A stretch of 64,000 bases of DNA from contig JAYWIR010000001.1 of assembly GCA_036172245.1 (NCBI GenBank), positions 3,348,001 through 3,412,000 on the forward strand. Direction: 5' to 3'. The translations under genes were made by a program, and so were the position numbers. Under the pieces are notes generated by a model, which worked only from the letters and a program-made list of their open reading frames with translations, made no database searches and had not been told where the DNA came from. How positions within the stretch are numbered: position 1 is the stretch's first letter; every line of letters begins with the position of its first letter. The DNA is from Raillietiella orientalis. Lineage: Eukaryota. Positions 62,901 to 64,000 of this stretch are shown piece after piece.

Positions 62901-64000
62901 ACTCGATGGATTTCGAGAGACTCAATCTTGGTAGGACGCTTCTGGTGAATCGATCGGCCCACATGACTCATCTGGGTCGCTTCTTTCCGTTCTTTCGGAT
63001 TCCTCCATTGACGTTTCGCATGAACCTGAAACTACCCCTCAATCCGTTCCCGCTATGGCATCCTTCCCGCTCGCTTCCTTTCCCTGCATCTCGCTCTTCC
63101 TCTTTCTCTTCTCCGTTCACCTGAGATGGCGGAAGGACCACGTCTCATTTTAGGTTCCCATTGTGCTCGTTTCCTCCTGCTCCAAAAATCCCGGATGAGA
63201 TTTTCGCTTTTTGAAATCATCGCTTGATATCCCCGTGCGAAAAAGGTGAGTCCCCATCCTCTGCTTGTCACCCTAGACGACAGCTTCCCTGGAGTACCGC
63301 CGGTTCTCCGACCTTTGTCGTGTGCTTTTCGCACACAGTGAGAGAAGTGAACTCTTCCCTTCTTCAGTCGGTCGGTTTCCTGCTGGCAAAAGAGAAGGCA
63401 CGCACCCTGCGACCTTACTGGTTTGCTCGCATCCCCGTTCGCCATTGTGCTGTCCACTTCTTGCAGACCGTTTGATTAGGAACGTTCGGTTCCGGTCCGT
63501 CCGTACACTCGGCGCTGCTCTTTTCCAAGCGCCTCGAATGCAGAAAAAAGATAAGGAGGAGCATCTCTCAAATAAGCAACGAAAGCGTCTGACCATCGCA
63601 TATTCGAGTGACATTCCAACCCCAGATACGAGCACTGCCGGAGATGTCTATCTTATCTTGGTAGGGCACTGTGATATCGACACGATTCCAAACCAGGATG
63701 ACCTTGGAGTTTCAAATAATGAAGCAGAATGGCTTCAGCACCAACAATTCTAATCATTCCTTGATCCCGCGAGACGAATTCCACTTAGGTACTCTCGGGA
63801 AGACGTGAATCTTCATTCCAAGATGGGAAAAAATCTTACGGTGTGAAATTCAGATCGTACGGTTCTTCAGTTCCACTCTCTGCATTCCTGGTTCTTTTAA
63901 TTCCTTCTCCTCGTGAAGAACCCGGAAAACTGCTCATCTTCACGGATAAGACCAACAGAGAGACCAAAGAGCAAAACTGCTCGTTCTTTAGGCGAGGAAA

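Noticed and set aside
1-64000. CRISPR arrays, rRNA genes, bona fide tRNA genes
   Set aside because: None were seen. The tRNA-like boxes belong to SINE heads and I could not fold them into full cloverleaves.

Overview
This is an invertebrate (metazoan) nuclear genome window, not prokaryotic. The AT-rich, CpG-poor middle (~12-40 kb) carries compact genes with mostly 38-62 nt introns: a KNTC1/Rough deal (ROD) kinetochore gene (-), a GOLIM4-like type II Golgi coiled-coil gene (+) and PLAA/DOA1/UFD3 (+). The right part (~42.7-59.4 kb, -) is a fibulin-1/2-like gene with 15 exons traced; its N-terminus is not found in the window. The GC/CpG-rich flanks hold decayed retroelements: a near full-length I/Nimb-type LINE (~4.4-10.1 kb, -), other LINE fragments, and a pogo/Tigger-like MITE end. 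They also hold at least five copies of a long tRNA-headed SINE-like family rich in C(UUCG)G hairpins, whose 3' motifs recur at the LINE's 3' end. The best leads are this SINE/LINE pair with a chimeric double-tailed copy, a hammerhead-core candidate near a Penelope-type GIY-YIG relic (~30-31 kb), a frame break in a fibulin exon, and a sharp CpG mosaic. All calls come from reading the sequence by eye; no searches were run.
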